From the IMG/VR virus record IMGVR_UViG_3300045988_122538: a stretch of 64,000 nucleotides of DNA; one strand, written 5' to 3'. The translations under genes were made by a program, and so were the position numbers. Source of the DNA: a virus. The notes beneath the pieces were generated by a model that worked only from the letters and a program-made list of their open reading frames with translations, was not told where the DNA came from and searched no databases. Shown piece by piece: positions 1 through 8,816 of the stretch (position 1 is its first letter; each line of letters opens with the position of its first letter).

Positions 1-20
1 GAGTCCCGCCACCGGCACCA
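1..20 (+). tRNA. 3' terminal fragment of a tRNA gene truncated by the window edge
   Basis: GAGT/CCCGC/CACCGGC/A/CCA parses as the end of a TTCGAGT-type T-loop, a 5-nt T-stem 3' strand, a 7-nt acceptor 3' strand, discriminator A and an encoded CCA. The rest of the gene is outside the window, so the fold cannot be verified. Confidence 0.45.
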
Positions 21-21
21 A

Positions 22-62
22 CACCGCAATGTTGATTTTAACAGCATCGCGGTGAAATTTTT
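22..62 (+). terminator. Weak hairpin plus A/T tract after the tRNA fragment
   Basis: CACCGCAATG (22-31) is complementary to CATCGCGGTG (45-54) with one mismatch. It is followed by AAATTTTTAT. Confidence 0.3.
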
Positions 63-85
63 ATATTACAGGAAGGAGTGCTGAT

Positions 86-2407
86 ATGATTACTCATATC
101 ATCAAAAGAGATAGACGTAAAGTCCCATTTGATATCAATAAGATAGCAAATGCTGTTTATCGTGCTGCTCAAGAAGTAGGTGGTTCAGATATGAACACTG
201 CTAAAGACATTGCTGAGAAAACATACAGGCTTTATGAACAGACATACGGTGATCAAACTCCTACGGTAGAGATCATTCAAGACTGTGTAGAGAAAACACT
301 GATCGAGAATGGTCATGCTCGAACCGCAAAAGCGTACATCTTATATCGACATGAGCGTACACGTGACAGAGAGATGAAATCTAGTCTGATGCAGACAATG
401 AAAGAGCTAACATTTGACTCAGCAAAAGACAGTGATATCAAGCGTGAAAATGCTAATATCAATGGAGATACTGCAATGGGTACAATGCTCAAGTATGGAT
501 CGTCTGCATCTAAAGCTTTCTATGAGCTATGTATCTTGAATCCTAAACATGCAGAAGCTCATAGAAATGGTGATATCCATATCCATGATCTTGATTTCTA
601 TACATTAACAACAACTTGTACTCAAATTGATCTTGTTAAGCTTCTGAAAGATGGCTTCTCCACTGGACATGGTCATTTAAGAGAACCTAACGACATTTCA
701 AGTTATTCTGCACTCGCTTGTATTGCAATTCAGTCTAACCAGAATGATCAACACGGTGGACAAGGTGTACCTACATTTGATTATGCAATGGCTGCAGGTG
801 TTGCAAAGACGTTTGCTCATAAATATAAGCAAAATCTTGCTAAAGCAATTCTGTTGATAGGTCAACTTGATGATGCTGAACAATTTGCAGAACGTATATC
901 TAATGACATCAAGGATAAATTCAACTTAATTCCTACACTTGCAGATGAAGATGATTATCGGAAGATTGAGAATTCATTCTTGTGTGAATATCTAGGTTCT
1001 GAACATGCCGAAGCTATTCAGTCATTTGCACGTAATTATGCTGTTAAAGAAACAGAACGTGCTACTTACCAAGCAATGGAAGCACTCATTCATAATTTGA
1101 ATACAATGCATTCAAGAGCTGGTGCACAAGTACCATTTAGCTCTATCAACTATGGTACAGATACATCTCCAGAAGGTCGTATGGTCATCAAAAATATCTT
1201 GCTTGCTGAAGAAGCTGGTCTTGGTAATGGTGAAACACCTATCTTTCCTATCCATATTTTCAAGGTAAAAGACGGTGTAAACTACAATCCAGAAGATCCA
1301 AACTACGACTTGTTTAAGCTGGCTTGCAGGGTTTCTGCAAAGCGTTTGTTCCCTAACTTCTCATTTATCGACGCACCTTTCAACCTCCAGTATTACCGCC
1401 CTGATCGCCCTGAGACGGAGATTGCTTATATGGGCTGCCGTACAAGAGTAATTGGTAATGTACATGATCCATCAAGAGAGATTGTAACCGGTAGAGGTAA
1501 CCTTAGTTTCACCTCAATCAATTTGCCGAGACTTGCTATCAGAGCAAATCATGATATTGATAAATTCTACACATTACTAAATGAGATGATGGATCTTGTT
1601 ATTGAGCAGCTCATTCATCGTTTCAATATTCAAGCAAAGAAGCTTGTTCGTAATTATCCATTCTTGATGGAGCAGGGAATATGGATTGATTCTGATAAGC
1701 TTGGACTTGATGATGAAGTCGGAGAGGTATTGAAGCACGGATCACTTTCAGTAGGTTTCATCGGTCTTGCTGAAACCTTGAAAGCATTGATCGGAAAACA
1801 TCATGGTGAAAGTGAAGAAGCCCGTAAATTAGGGTATGAAATTATTTCTACTATGAGAAAAAGAGTAGATGAAGAATCCGAACGTACAAAACTCAACTTC
1901 TCATTATTTGCAACTCCAGCAGAGGGTCTATCTGGCAGATTCGTCAAGATTGATAAAGAGAAGTATGGTGTAATTCCAGGCGTTACTGACAGAGAATATT
2001 ACACTAATTCATTCCATGTACCAGTGTACTATCCGATAAGTGCTTTTGAAAAGATCAAGATTGAAGCTCCTTATCATGAACTTACAAATGCAGGACATAT
2101 CAGTTACATTGAAATGGATGGCGATCCGTTACAGAACCTTGATGCTTTTGAAAAAGTAGTACGTTGTATGAAGGAATCAAACATTGGATATGGTTCTATC
2201 AACCACCCAGTAGACCGTGATCCAGTATGTGGGTTTACAGGTATTATTGGAGATACATGCCCACAATGTGGAAGACATGAGTCTGATGCTGATGTAGGGT
2301 TTGAAAGAATTCGACGAATAACAGGGTATCTTGTAGGTACACTTGACAAATTTAACAATGGTAAACGTGCAGAGGAGCGTGACAGGGTTAAACACGGAAT
2401 TAGGTAA
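86..2407 (+). CDS. nrdD: Anaerobic (class III) ribonucleoside-triphosphate reductase
   Basis: 773 aa. N-terminal ATP-cone-like IIKRDRRKVPFDINKI. C-terminal zinc ribbon CGF..CPQCG followed by the glycyl-radical motif RIRRITGYLVG. RBS GGAAGGAG lies upstream. Confidence 0.9.
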   Translation: MITHIIKRDRRKVPFDINKIANAVYRAAQEVGGSDMNTAKDIAEKTYRLYEQTYGDQTPTVEIIQDCVEKTLIENGHARTAKAYILYRHERTRDREMKSSLMQTMKELTFDSAKDSDIKRENANINGDTAMGTMLKYGSSASKAFYELCILNPKHAEAHRNGDIHIHDLDFYTLTTTCTQIDLVKLLKDGFSTGHGHLREPNDISSYSALACIAIQSNQNDQHGGQGVPTFDYAMAAGVAKTFAHKYKQNLAKAILLIGQLDDAEQFAERISNDIKDKFNLIPTLADEDDYRKIENSFLCEYLGSEHAEAIQSFARNYAVKETERATYQAMEALIHNLNTMHSRAGAQVPFSSINYGTDTSPEGRMVIKNILLAEEAGLGNGETPIFPIHIFKVKDGVNYNPEDPNYDLFKLACRVSAKRLFPNFSFIDAPFNLQYYRPDRPETEIAYMGCRTRVIGNVHDPSREIVTGRGNLSFTSINLPRLAIRANHDIDKFYTLLNEMMDLVIEQLIHRFNIQAKKLVRNYPFLMEQGIWIDSDKLGLDDEVGEVLKHGSLSVGFIGLAETLKALIGKHHGESEEARKLGYEIISTMRKRVDEESERTKLNFSLFATPAEGLSGRFVKIDKEKYGVIPGVTDREYYTNSFHVPVYYPISAFEKIKIEAPYHELTNAGHISYIEMDGDPLQNLDAFEKVVRCMKESNIGYGSINHPVDRDPVCGFTGIIGDTCPQCGRHESDADVGFERIRRITGYLVGTLDKFNNGKRAEERDRVKHGIR

Positions 2408-2454
2408 CCTACTATAATATATGTACATTGGCAATAGTTGATGTATGATAACAG

Positions 2455-2493
2455 AAGCAGCTGATTACATTCACATGTATCAGCTGCTTTTTC
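2455..2493 (+). terminator. Intrinsic terminator after nrdD
   Basis: AAGCAGCTGAT (2455-2465) pairs with ATCAGCTGCTT (2479-2489), followed by a T-run. Confidence 0.7.
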
Positions 2494-2507
2494 TGTGTAT
2501 GAAGTAA

Positions 2508-2518
2508 GATTCGTTATG
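2508..2518 (+). promoter_or_regulatory. Recurrent phage motif GATTCGTTATG (class II promoter-like element)
   Basis: One of about 12 copies of GA(A/T)TCGTTAT(A/T). Sits in the intergenic gap 54 nt upstream of the small ORF at 2572, just after a terminator. Confidence 0.4.
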
Positions 2519-2571
2519 TAATATGTAAACATTATTCATCCATAAATCATATGTAGTCGAAAGGAGATTAT

Positions 2572-2733
2572 ATGATGAACTTAATCATTACAATCGTAGC
2601 GATGGCTTGCTGCTCTGTTGCACTTTGCAGATCTGTATACTCAAAGTCAACTAAATTTGACAAAATTTTCTACGCAGTTTCTTCTGCTGCATTTCTCATC
2701 ATTGGCATTTACTTCTGCAATATCTGGAAGTAA
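2572..2733 (+). CDS. Small hydrophobic membrane protein (53 aa, below the ORF-track cutoff)
   Basis: Hand translation: MMNLIITIVAMACCSVALCRSVYSKSTKFDKIFYAVSSAAFLIIGIYFCNIWK. Two hydrophobic segments. RBS AAAGGAG lies 7 nt upstream. Fills the nrdD-ligA gap. Confidence 0.55.
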   Translation: MMNLIITIVAMACCSVALCRSVYSKSTKFDKIFYAVSSAAFLIIGIYFCNIWK

Positions 2734-2760
2734 ACTATTACATAAGGAGTGATACTAAAA

Positions 2761-4677
2761 ATGACTGAACTCGAACGCAAAATTGAACAAGCTGCTCAGA
2801 AATACTATACAGACGGATCATCTGAATTGACTGATGCAGAGTTTGATGCTCTTATAGATCAGCTTCGTTCTGAAAATCCTGATTCTGAGCTGCTGAAAAC
2901 TGTAGGATGGGGCTACAAAGTGTCTAAAGACAACACACCTGGACAGAAATATATACACAAATATGGCAAGGCTGGTTCTCTTGATAAGGCATATAACTTT
3001 GATGAAATCAACTTAATGCTGACAATGAGTGAAGTCGACATTTCGGCTAAACTTGATGGTTTGAGTGTAGTACTCTATTATGAATCAGGTAAACTTGTAC
3101 AAGCACTTACACGAGGTGATGGTACTTTTGGAATTGATATCACACCGAAAGTAATGAATATCATTGATGGTAAGTTGCAGGATAACTGGTTCTCCGGGGC
3201 GGTACGTGGAGAAATCATCATGTCATATGACAACTTCAAGCGTTTTCAAGAGTTACACCCTGAGGCTAAAAATCCAAGAAATTCAGCTGCAGGTCTTATC
3301 AATAACAAACAAGTTTCAGAAGACCTTCGTTTTGTAGAAATTATTCCGTACTCTGTAGTAGGTATTGAACCTGAAGTACGGACTAATCATGCAGCTGAGT
3401 TTGAAACTATCTTTGCTGTAAGAAAATTCATTGCTCGTAACTTCTCGAAATTTGTTATGGGTAGTAGATCTAGAATTTACAGGGAATCTTATTTAGAAGA
3501 TTTCAGCAAATATTTTGAAGCATGGTCTGCTGAATATCCGATTGACGGACTTGTTCTTACATTACCTAATGTCAATTTAGCTAACAACGGTGAGGTGAAG
3601 CAAGATTCGCAAGCATTCAAATTCAAGTCAGAAGTAGCTAACTCAACGGTAGTTGATATCGAATGGAACATGAGCAAAACTAACTATGCAATTCCTCATG
3701 TAAAGATTGAACCTGTTCAGCTTGCTGGTACAACAGTTCAGTATTGCACCGGATACAACGCACAATATATTTCTGAAAATAATCTTGGTATTGGTGCTGT
3801 TGTTGAAGTTGAGAAACGTGGTGAGATAATTCCGAACATCAATAAGGTCATTGCTGTAAGTAACAGCTGTGAGCTTCCTAAATTCTGTCCTTATTGTAAT
3901 TGTGAATTACGATGGGAAGGTGTGCATCTTGCTTGTAAAAATCCTGCATGTGCTAATGCTACAACACAGGACACTATGATTTGGACTAATATTCTTGCAC
4001 CTGTCGATAATTTAGGAGAATCTCTGAAAGAGAAATTCTTCGTTGAAGCATTTGGAAAGGTTCCTAGTATTGAGATCCTTATGAGAGAGAAACCATCTGC
4101 TTATCAGACAGCACCTGAAGGCACACAAGCATACAGAATGAAACAGATGTTCGATAAGCTGTTCAGCAAAGATAAAGTTGATCTTGTAACTGCTATTAAA
4201 GCCCTTAACATTCCGAGATTTGGAGATGTAACTGCTGCTAAACTTGCTGACTACCCAGAACATGTTAAACGCTTAATAAAAATTGCACTTGATGGTAGTT
4301 GTGCAGATGGTGTTGAAGCTGCAAATCTGTTTGACAAGCTGTCAAAACTGATTGGTGTAGCAAATACAGAATCTTTAGAGCAAAATATGGACATTGTAAC
4401 TCGTTTGCAGTTTATCAATGTAGACTGGTCTGAAAATCGAACATGTGACAACAATGAATCCAAAGGAAAAGTTGCTATTACAGGTAAACTCAGTGTAAAA
4501 CGTTCTGAATTCGAGAAGGAGCTTAAGGCTGCTGGATATGTATCTTCAGAGATTTCAAAAGATACAAAATTTCTCATCACAGATAATCCTAACAGCTCTA
4601 GCTCTAAAAATAAGAAAGCTGATGCTTGGGGAATCGTTAAGATAAGTGAACAACAGTTCAGAAAGGAGTATATGTAA
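2761..4677 (+). CDS. ligA: NAD-dependent DNA ligase
   Basis: N-terminal AAQKYYTDGSSELTDAEFDALIDQL. Adenylation motif SAKLDGLS (KxDG), plus TRGDG and VRGEI. C4 zinc finger CPYCNCEL..CKNPAC. BRCT-like C-terminus KVAITGKL..FLITD. ATG at 2761 preferred over GTG at 2749 because RBS AAGGAG is at 2742-2747. Confidence 0.9.
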   Translation: MTELERKIEQAAQKYYTDGSSELTDAEFDALIDQLRSENPDSELLKTVGWGYKVSKDNTPGQKYIHKYGKAGSLDKAYNFDEINLMLTMSEVDISAKLDGLSVVLYYESGKLVQALTRGDGTFGIDITPKVMNIIDGKLQDNWFSGAVRGEIIMSYDNFKRFQELHPEAKNPRNSAAGLINNKQVSEDLRFVEIIPYSVVGIEPEVRTNHAAEFETIFAVRKFIARNFSKFVMGSRSRIYRESYLEDFSKYFEAWSAEYPIDGLVLTLPNVNLANNGEVKQDSQAFKFKSEVANSTVVDIEWNMSKTNYAIPHVKIEPVQLAGTTVQYCTGYNAQYISENNLGIGAVVEVEKRGEIIPNINKVIAVSNSCELPKFCPYCNCELRWEGVHLACKNPACANATTQDTMIWTNILAPVDNLGESLKEKFFVEAFGKVPSIEILMREKPSAYQTAPEGTQAYRMKQMFDKLFSKDKVDLVTAIKALNIPRFGDVTAAKLADYPEHVKRLIKIALDGSCADGVEAANLFDKLSKLIGVANTESLEQNMDIVTRLQFINVDWSENRTCDNNESKGKVAITGKLSVKRSEFEKELKAAGYVSSEISKDTKFLITDNPNSSSSKNKKADAWGIVKISEQQFRKEYM

Positions 4678-5297
4678 TGAAATATACAAGAAATAAAGAT
4701 GATATCAATCAGAAGATCAATTGGTCTACTATCGACAAAGCAGTTGTTAAGATTGGATATAACTACAATATCTTTACAATTGTTTTGGTGTCTGATAATG
4801 TAGATGACATGAATGCTATTAAGGCAGGATACAGCTACTGCATTGAAGTTCCTGGCAATCATAGACTTGTTGAAAAGTATGCAAGAGCACTTGAACAGCA
4901 TTACAGTAAGCTCAAAGCAGGACATTCTATTCATTGGGAAAGTAGGGACATCTGCATATTCAGACTTTACAGTAGCTACTCTACAATTGACAGCATGAAA
5001 AAATCTACTAAATCAGATGTTGACTATGACGAGCATATCCTATGTGCAGCTGTTAGATTGAAGAAAGATAACAGTGATCAGACTATAATCTTAGGTGGAT
5101 ATCGACACGCTGATTGTTTTGGGTCAGCTATCCAGTTAGGATATACAGGTTTCATTGATGAAAAAGATCAAGGATTCTTAACCTCTAAAGGCCGTTTTGT
5201 AGACCGTGCAGAGGCATTAACAATCGCAAGAAGAGCTAATCAGCTGAATTCTCATCATCCTGCTGCAAAATTCCTCATTTCTGATGATTTATACTAA
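4677..5297 (+). CDS. Hypothetical protein
   Basis: 206-aa ORF. Its start overlaps the ligA stop (TAATG). No motif recognised. Confidence 0.55.
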   Translation: MKYTRNKDDINQKINWSTIDKAVVKIGYNYNIFTIVLVSDNVDDMNAIKAGYSYCIEVPGNHRLVEKYARALEQHYSKLKAGHSIHWESRDICIFRLYSSYSTIDSMKKSTKSDVDYDEHILCAAVRLKKDNSDQTIILGGYRHADCFGSAIQLGYTGFIDEKDQGFLTSKGRFVDRAEALTIARRANQLNSHHPAAKFLISDDLY

Positions 5298-5310
5298 GGA
5301 GATATAGCAT

Positions 5311-5619
5311 ATGGATATTAGTAAAAATATGTATATCATAAAGTTGTCTGATATATCTAAAGAAGAAGCGCTCATGATGGTTATCAACACAATGAAAGAG
5401 AATGCAAAACTCAAAACATTATTGATGGCTGCTATAACTGATATAGAGCAACTAAGAAAAATCACATCACATTGTGTAAATCCTAACTTCTGTGCAGCAG
5501 CATTAGAATACAATGTAAATCCGTATGATCTTTGTAATAGCTGCCCTTTGAGCGGATCTACAAAGTGCAAATGGAGATATGATGATGAAGCTAGAAAGGT
5601 ATTAGGATATGAAAAATGA
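5311..5619 (+). CDS. Hypothetical Cys-containing protein
   Basis: RBS TAAGGAG upstream. The C-terminal motif CKWRYDDEARKVLG is shared with the ORF at 7918-8271. Confidence 0.55.
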   Translation: MDISKNMYIIKLSDISKEEALMMVINTMKENAKLKTLLMAAITDIEQLRKITSHCVNPNFCAAALEYNVNPYDLCNSCPLSGSTKCKWRYDDEARKVLGYEK

Positions 5620-5995
5620 CATCTTATTTAGAGGAATTCGTCAAGACAATCATGAATATGTTGAAGGCTATTATTGTAAATATCCTCATAAGTTCAGTGG
5701 ATTCTTGAACGACTATATATTAGTTTTAGAATATGATGCTGAGACAGAAGCAGCTATTTGTATGGCATATCAAGTAGATTCAGAATCGGTAGAACGGTTT
5801 ACAGGAACTAATGATATAGACAACATCAAAATTTTTGAAGGTGATATTGTATCAGCTTATAAGAACAATGATGTGTTATTTACAGAAGTTGTTACATTCA
5901 GAAATGGCTGCTTTTGGTTTGGAAATTGGTCTTGGATTGAATTTCTGAACGTATTCAGACGCATCAAAGTTATTGGAAATACATATACTAGTTGA
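5609..5995 (+). CDS. YopX-like protein
   Basis: Opening FRGIRQDNHEYVEGYY, mid FEGDIV and C-terminal IKVIGNTYT fit the YopX family pattern (FRaW..., GDIv, GNIyen). Confidence 0.55.
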   Translation: MKNDILFRGIRQDNHEYVEGYYCKYPHKFSGFLNDYILVLEYDAETEAAICMAYQVDSESVERFTGTNDIDNIKIFEGDIVSAYKNNDVLFTEVVTFRNGCFWFGNWSWIEFLNVFRRIKVIGNTYTS

Positions 5996-6007
5996 AAGGA
6001 GAGCATT

Positions 6008-6346
6008 ATGGCAAGCATTAAAGAATTGAAGAGGATGTGTAAGTCATTTGAAACATCTTGTAACGGTTGTCCTTTTCAGAATGAAATAGATGGTGGCTGT
6101 TTAATAACAATGTTAGCATATGATTGTTTCCCTGATAACGCTGATGAGATAATTGATAAATGGATGTTAGAACACCCTATAAAAACATACATGCAAGACT
6201 TCTTTGAAAAGTTTCCGGATGCACCAACAAAAGAAAACGGAGCTCCAAAGATTTGTCCTCGATACATATATCCAGGATTAACAAATGACTGTTGTGGAAA
6301 CTGCTTAGAGTGCTGGAGCGTAGAGATGAAAGTAGGTGAAGACTAA
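6008..6346 (+). CDS. Cys-rich small protein, tandem paralogue 1 of 3
   Basis: MASIKELKRMCKS...DNADEIIDKW..EHPIKTYMQDFFEKFPDAP...CLECW. Clearly homologous to the next two ORFs. Confidence 0.65.
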   Translation: MASIKELKRMCKSFETSCNGCPFQNEIDGGCLITMLAYDCFPDNADEIIDKWMLEHPIKTYMQDFFEKFPDAPTKENGAPKICPRYIYPGLTNDCCGNCLECWSVEMKVGED

Positions 6347-6663
6347 TGGCAAGCATTAAAGACTTAAAAAGAATGTGTAAAGCTTATGACGCTTGTATTG
6401 ATTGCCCAATGAGTGAAGCAGGTTGTGCTTCGCCTAATAAGTTCTATGACAACGCTGACGAAATTGTTGACAAGTGGGTATCAGAGCATCCTGTAAGGAC
6501 ATATGCTATGGACTTCTTCGAGAAGTTTCCGAAAGCTCCAAAAGATCCGTCTGGATGTCCAATGCCATGTATTAGGTTGATATATCCTGAAGCTATGGAC
6601 AAGTCTTGCTTAGAATACACGTGCAAGGATTGTTGGAATCAACCTATTCCTGAAGATAAATGA
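6346..6663 (+). CDS. Cys-rich small protein, tandem paralogue 2 of 3
   Basis: MASIKDLKRMCKAY...DNADEIVDKW..EHPVRTYAMDFFEKFPKAP...CKDCW. Start overlaps the previous stop. Confidence 0.65.
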   Translation: MASIKDLKRMCKAYDACIDCPMSEAGCASPNKFYDNADEIVDKWVSEHPVRTYAMDFFEKFPKAPKDPSGCPMPCIRLIYPEAMDKSCLEYTCKDCWNQPIPEDK

Positions 6664-6688
6664 TTTGAATTAGAAAGGATGAGTGCAA

Positions 6689-7012
6689 ATGAGTAGCATC
6701 AAGGACTTAAAGCGTATGTGCAGATGCCACGAGGAGTGCAATAACTGCCCTTTATTTATTGGAGGTTTTGCACAATGTAACCCAGATGATTTTCCTGATA
6801 ATGTTGATGAACTTATTGACAATTGGGTTCAAGAAAACCCTGTAAAGACGTACGCTTTGGATTTTCTCACGAAACTTCCAAATGCACCACAGATGGATAG
6901 AGATAAAATACCTAAAGTTTGTAGAAGTCTTATTTATGGTGGCATCTGTCCTAAACAATGCAATATAGTGTCAAGTTGTGTTGACTGTTGGAACATGGAG
7001 ATGGAAGAATAA
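6689..7012 (+). CDS. Cys-rich small protein, tandem paralogue 3 of 3
   Basis: MSSIKDLKRMCRCH...DNVDELIDNW..ENPVKTYALDFLTKLPNAP...CVDCW. ATG at 6689 chosen by alignment with the paralogues; the track start is 6683. Confidence 0.65.
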   Translation: MSSIKDLKRMCRCHEECNNCPLFIGGFAQCNPDDFPDNVDELIDNWVQENPVKTYALDFLTKLPNAPQMDRDKIPKVCRSLIYGGICPKQCNIVSSCVDCWNMEMEE

Positions 7013-7257
7013 TGACTTGTGTTGTATGTGATAAATGCGGAAAACCTATTCCATATGTCAAAAAGAGAAATCCCTTTGGAATTGAAGAAACGGTACTTGA
7101 TAGAGGAGTAGTAAGAAGTTCTGAATGGCGAATTGATACACTGTTTTATGAGTATGATTTATGTAAAAGCTGTGCAGATAATGTTTCATTGCAAGCCGAT
7201 AATCTATTTCTAAGGATGAAATTAGCAGTACTAAAGGAGGCAAATAGAGATGATTGA
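7012..7257 (+). CDS. Small zinc-ribbon protein
   Basis: MTCVVCDKCGKP...CKSCAD gives two CxxC pairs. ATG at 7012 overlaps the upstream stop. Confidence 0.5.
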   Translation: MTCVVCDKCGKPIPYVKKRNPFGIEETVLDRGVVRSSEWRIDTLFYEYDLCKSCADNVSLQADNLFLRMKLAVLKEANRDD

Positions 7258-7393
7258 AAAATTAAAACATCTATACGAGATGATATTCAAATTACACTGT
7301 CCAGAATGCAATTGTGTAATGGACTGTGAAGGATTATGTGAGTTTGATAAGCTAATTTACAAATGCCATGGTTGCGGAAAGGTGTGGATTTGA
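7250..7393 (+). CDS. Small Cys-rich protein (47 aa, not in the ORF track)
   Basis: Hand translation: MIEKLKHLYEMIFKLHCPECNCVMDCEGLCEFDKLIYKCHGCGKVWI. RBS AAAGGAGG at 7234-7241. Fills the 7257-7396 gap. Confidence 0.45.
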   Translation: MIEKLKHLYEMIFKLHCPECNCVMDCEGLCEFDKLIYKCHGCGKVWI

Positions 7394-7395
7394 GT

Positions 7396-7626
7396 ATGCC
7401 CGAATTAAAACCCTGTCCGTTCTGCGGCAGCACAAAACTAAAGATTGAAAGCAAGCGTACTTTCAACTACGGTAAAAAACATTGTTCTGTCACGGTAAGA
7501 TGTATGAAATGTCATGCACGAAGTCCAGTTGTTGGAATCAATGTGGACAATAATCAGTACAATGAGCGTGAACTTTGTGAATCACAAGTAACGGAAGCTT
7601 GGAACAGGAGGAAAGACAATGGATAA
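7396..7626 (+). CDS. Lar-family restriction alleviation protein
   Basis: MPELKPCPFCGSTK...RCMKCHARSP...VTEAWNRR matches the Lar family signature (KPCPFCG ... CxxC ... AWNRR). Confidence 0.65.
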   Translation: MPELKPCPFCGSTKLKIESKRTFNYGKKHCSVTVRCMKCHARSPVVGINVDNNQYNERELCESQVTEAWNRRKDNG

Positions 7627-7921
7627 ATTGATTGACGGTCTTGCAATGCTACATTTTTTCAATCAGCGAGCAGGTCGAGAGCTTTGGCAAAATAAGCCAA
7701 AAGAAGTACAGAATCATGACATATTTACTGCTGATGAAATTTTAAGCAAAGCGATTCAGAAGCTTGAAGAGGTACGGCCTGTTGTCCATGCTGAGTGGGT
7801 ATGTCATGAATCAGAAATCGGGCTTTATTATTCATGTTCCAGATGCGGACATAACGCATTGCAAGGAATGTATAAGTTCTGCCCTAACTGTGGTGCAAAG
7901 ATGGACGGTGATGCAGAATGA
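7619..7921 (+). CDS. Hypothetical protein with C-terminal zinc ribbon
   Basis: C-terminus CSRCGHNALQGMYKFCPNCGAKMDG. Paralogous C-terminus in the ORF at 8264-8590. Confidence 0.55.
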   Translation: MDKLIDGLAMLHFFNQRAGRELWQNKPKEVQNHDIFTADEILSKAIQKLEEVRPVVHAEWVCHESEIGLYYSCSRCGHNALQGMYKFCPNCGAKMDGDAE

Positions 7922-8271
7922 CAATTGATGAAGCAATAAAGGTACTCAGACAGCATAACGTAACAAATATGCCAGTATTGAGAATCACAAAAGGACAGGC
8001 ATTAGAAAAAGAACTGCTTGCACAGGTATTAGATAGCTGTGAACAGCTTATTTCCGAAAAAGCTGAATACAAGCGGCTTCTGAAAGAGGCAGTTTCAATA
8101 ATCAACAATTCTTTTCCAGAAGTTAGTAGTTGCTGGGGCTGTGCGAACTATGATAAAGTAAATGACGAATGTAAAGGTGATTATTTTGCGGAATGTGCTG
8201 AGGTGTGCAAGTGGGAACACGCAGACGAAGCCCTCGCACTTATCGGGGAGGACGGTGATACAAATGGCTGA
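7918..8271 (+). CDS. Hypothetical Cys-rich protein
   Basis: Start overlaps the upstream stop. The C-terminus CAEVCKWEHADEALALIG resembles that of the ORF at 5311-5619. Confidence 0.55.
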   Translation: MTIDEAIKVLRQHNVTNMPVLRITKGQALEKELLAQVLDSCEQLISEKAEYKRLLKEAVSIINNSFPEVSSCWGCANYDKVNDECKGDYFAECAEVCKWEHADEALALIGEDGDTNG

Positions 8272-8590
8272 GTATATTGAGAAACCTGATATGCAGTACA
8301 TCTTACATATCAAGTCTGACAAGAAAGCAGAGAAAAGGTTGATTGACTTTTGCTTAGAATCGGTGGTTGATATGTTTGAAGATACAGGGCTGACCGCAGA
8401 CGTACAGCCTGTGAAGTATGGGCGGTGGATTGATATTTATGAATGGGCTAAAATGCACGATAGTAGGCCAAGTGGTATGTGTACATATTTCTGGTGTTCA
8501 GAGTGCCAAACTGCGCAGGGAAAGAAAAGCAATTTTTGCCCCAACTGTGGTGCAAAGATGGAAGAAAGCGAGGATGACAAACATGAATGA
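8264..8590 (+). CDS. Hypothetical protein with C-terminal zinc ribbon
   Basis: ATG at 8264 (MAEYIEKPD) chosen within track ORF 8162-8590. C-terminus CSECQTAQGKKSNFCPNCGAKMEE parallels 7619-7921. Confidence 0.5.
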   Translation: MAEYIEKPDMQYILHIKSDKKAEKRLIDFCLESVVDMFEDTGLTADVQPVKYGRWIDIYEWAKMHDSRPSGMCTYFWCSECQTAQGKKSNFCPNCGAKMEESEDDKHE

Positions 8591-8816
8591 TATCAAACTT
8601 AAACCGTGTCCGTTTTGTGGTGGTAAAGCGTTGTCAAGAATTCGCATCATGAGAAATGACCCGGTAGATTATGCTCAACTTCAAATCTATTGTTCAAAAT
8701 GTAACATCAATAGAGCTAAAACAATAGATAACAATCGTACTCTTGATAATCTGCAAACTGTAATGAGTCAACTTATCGACAGTTGGAATACACGGAGTAT
8801 AGTTATCAATGAGTAG
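8583..8816 (+). CDS. Lar-family restriction alleviation protein (second copy)
   Basis: MNDIKLKPCPFCGGKA...YCSKCN...LIDSWNTR. In-frame ATG at 8583 within track ORF 8418-8816. Confidence 0.6.
   Translation: MNDIKLKPCPFCGGKALSRIRIMRNDPVDYAQLQIYCSKCNINRAKTIDNNRTLDNLQTVMSQLIDSWNTRSIVINE

Noticed and set aside
86-2407. Intein or intron interruption of nrdD, polA or terL
   Set aside because: All three reading frames are continuous, with motif order and spacing compatible with uninterrupted enzymes. No homing-endonuclease motifs (LAGLIDADG, GIY-YIG, HNH) were noticed.
4251-4934. 227-aa minus-strand ORF overlapping the end of ligA and the next gene. The same applies to minus-strand ORFs 2104-2532, 24571-24987, 24776-25264, 35213-35599, 45555-45920, 51748-52212 and others.
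   Set aside because: All are antisense shadows of motif-verified + strand genes. They lack RBSs and break the otherwise uniform + strand tiling.
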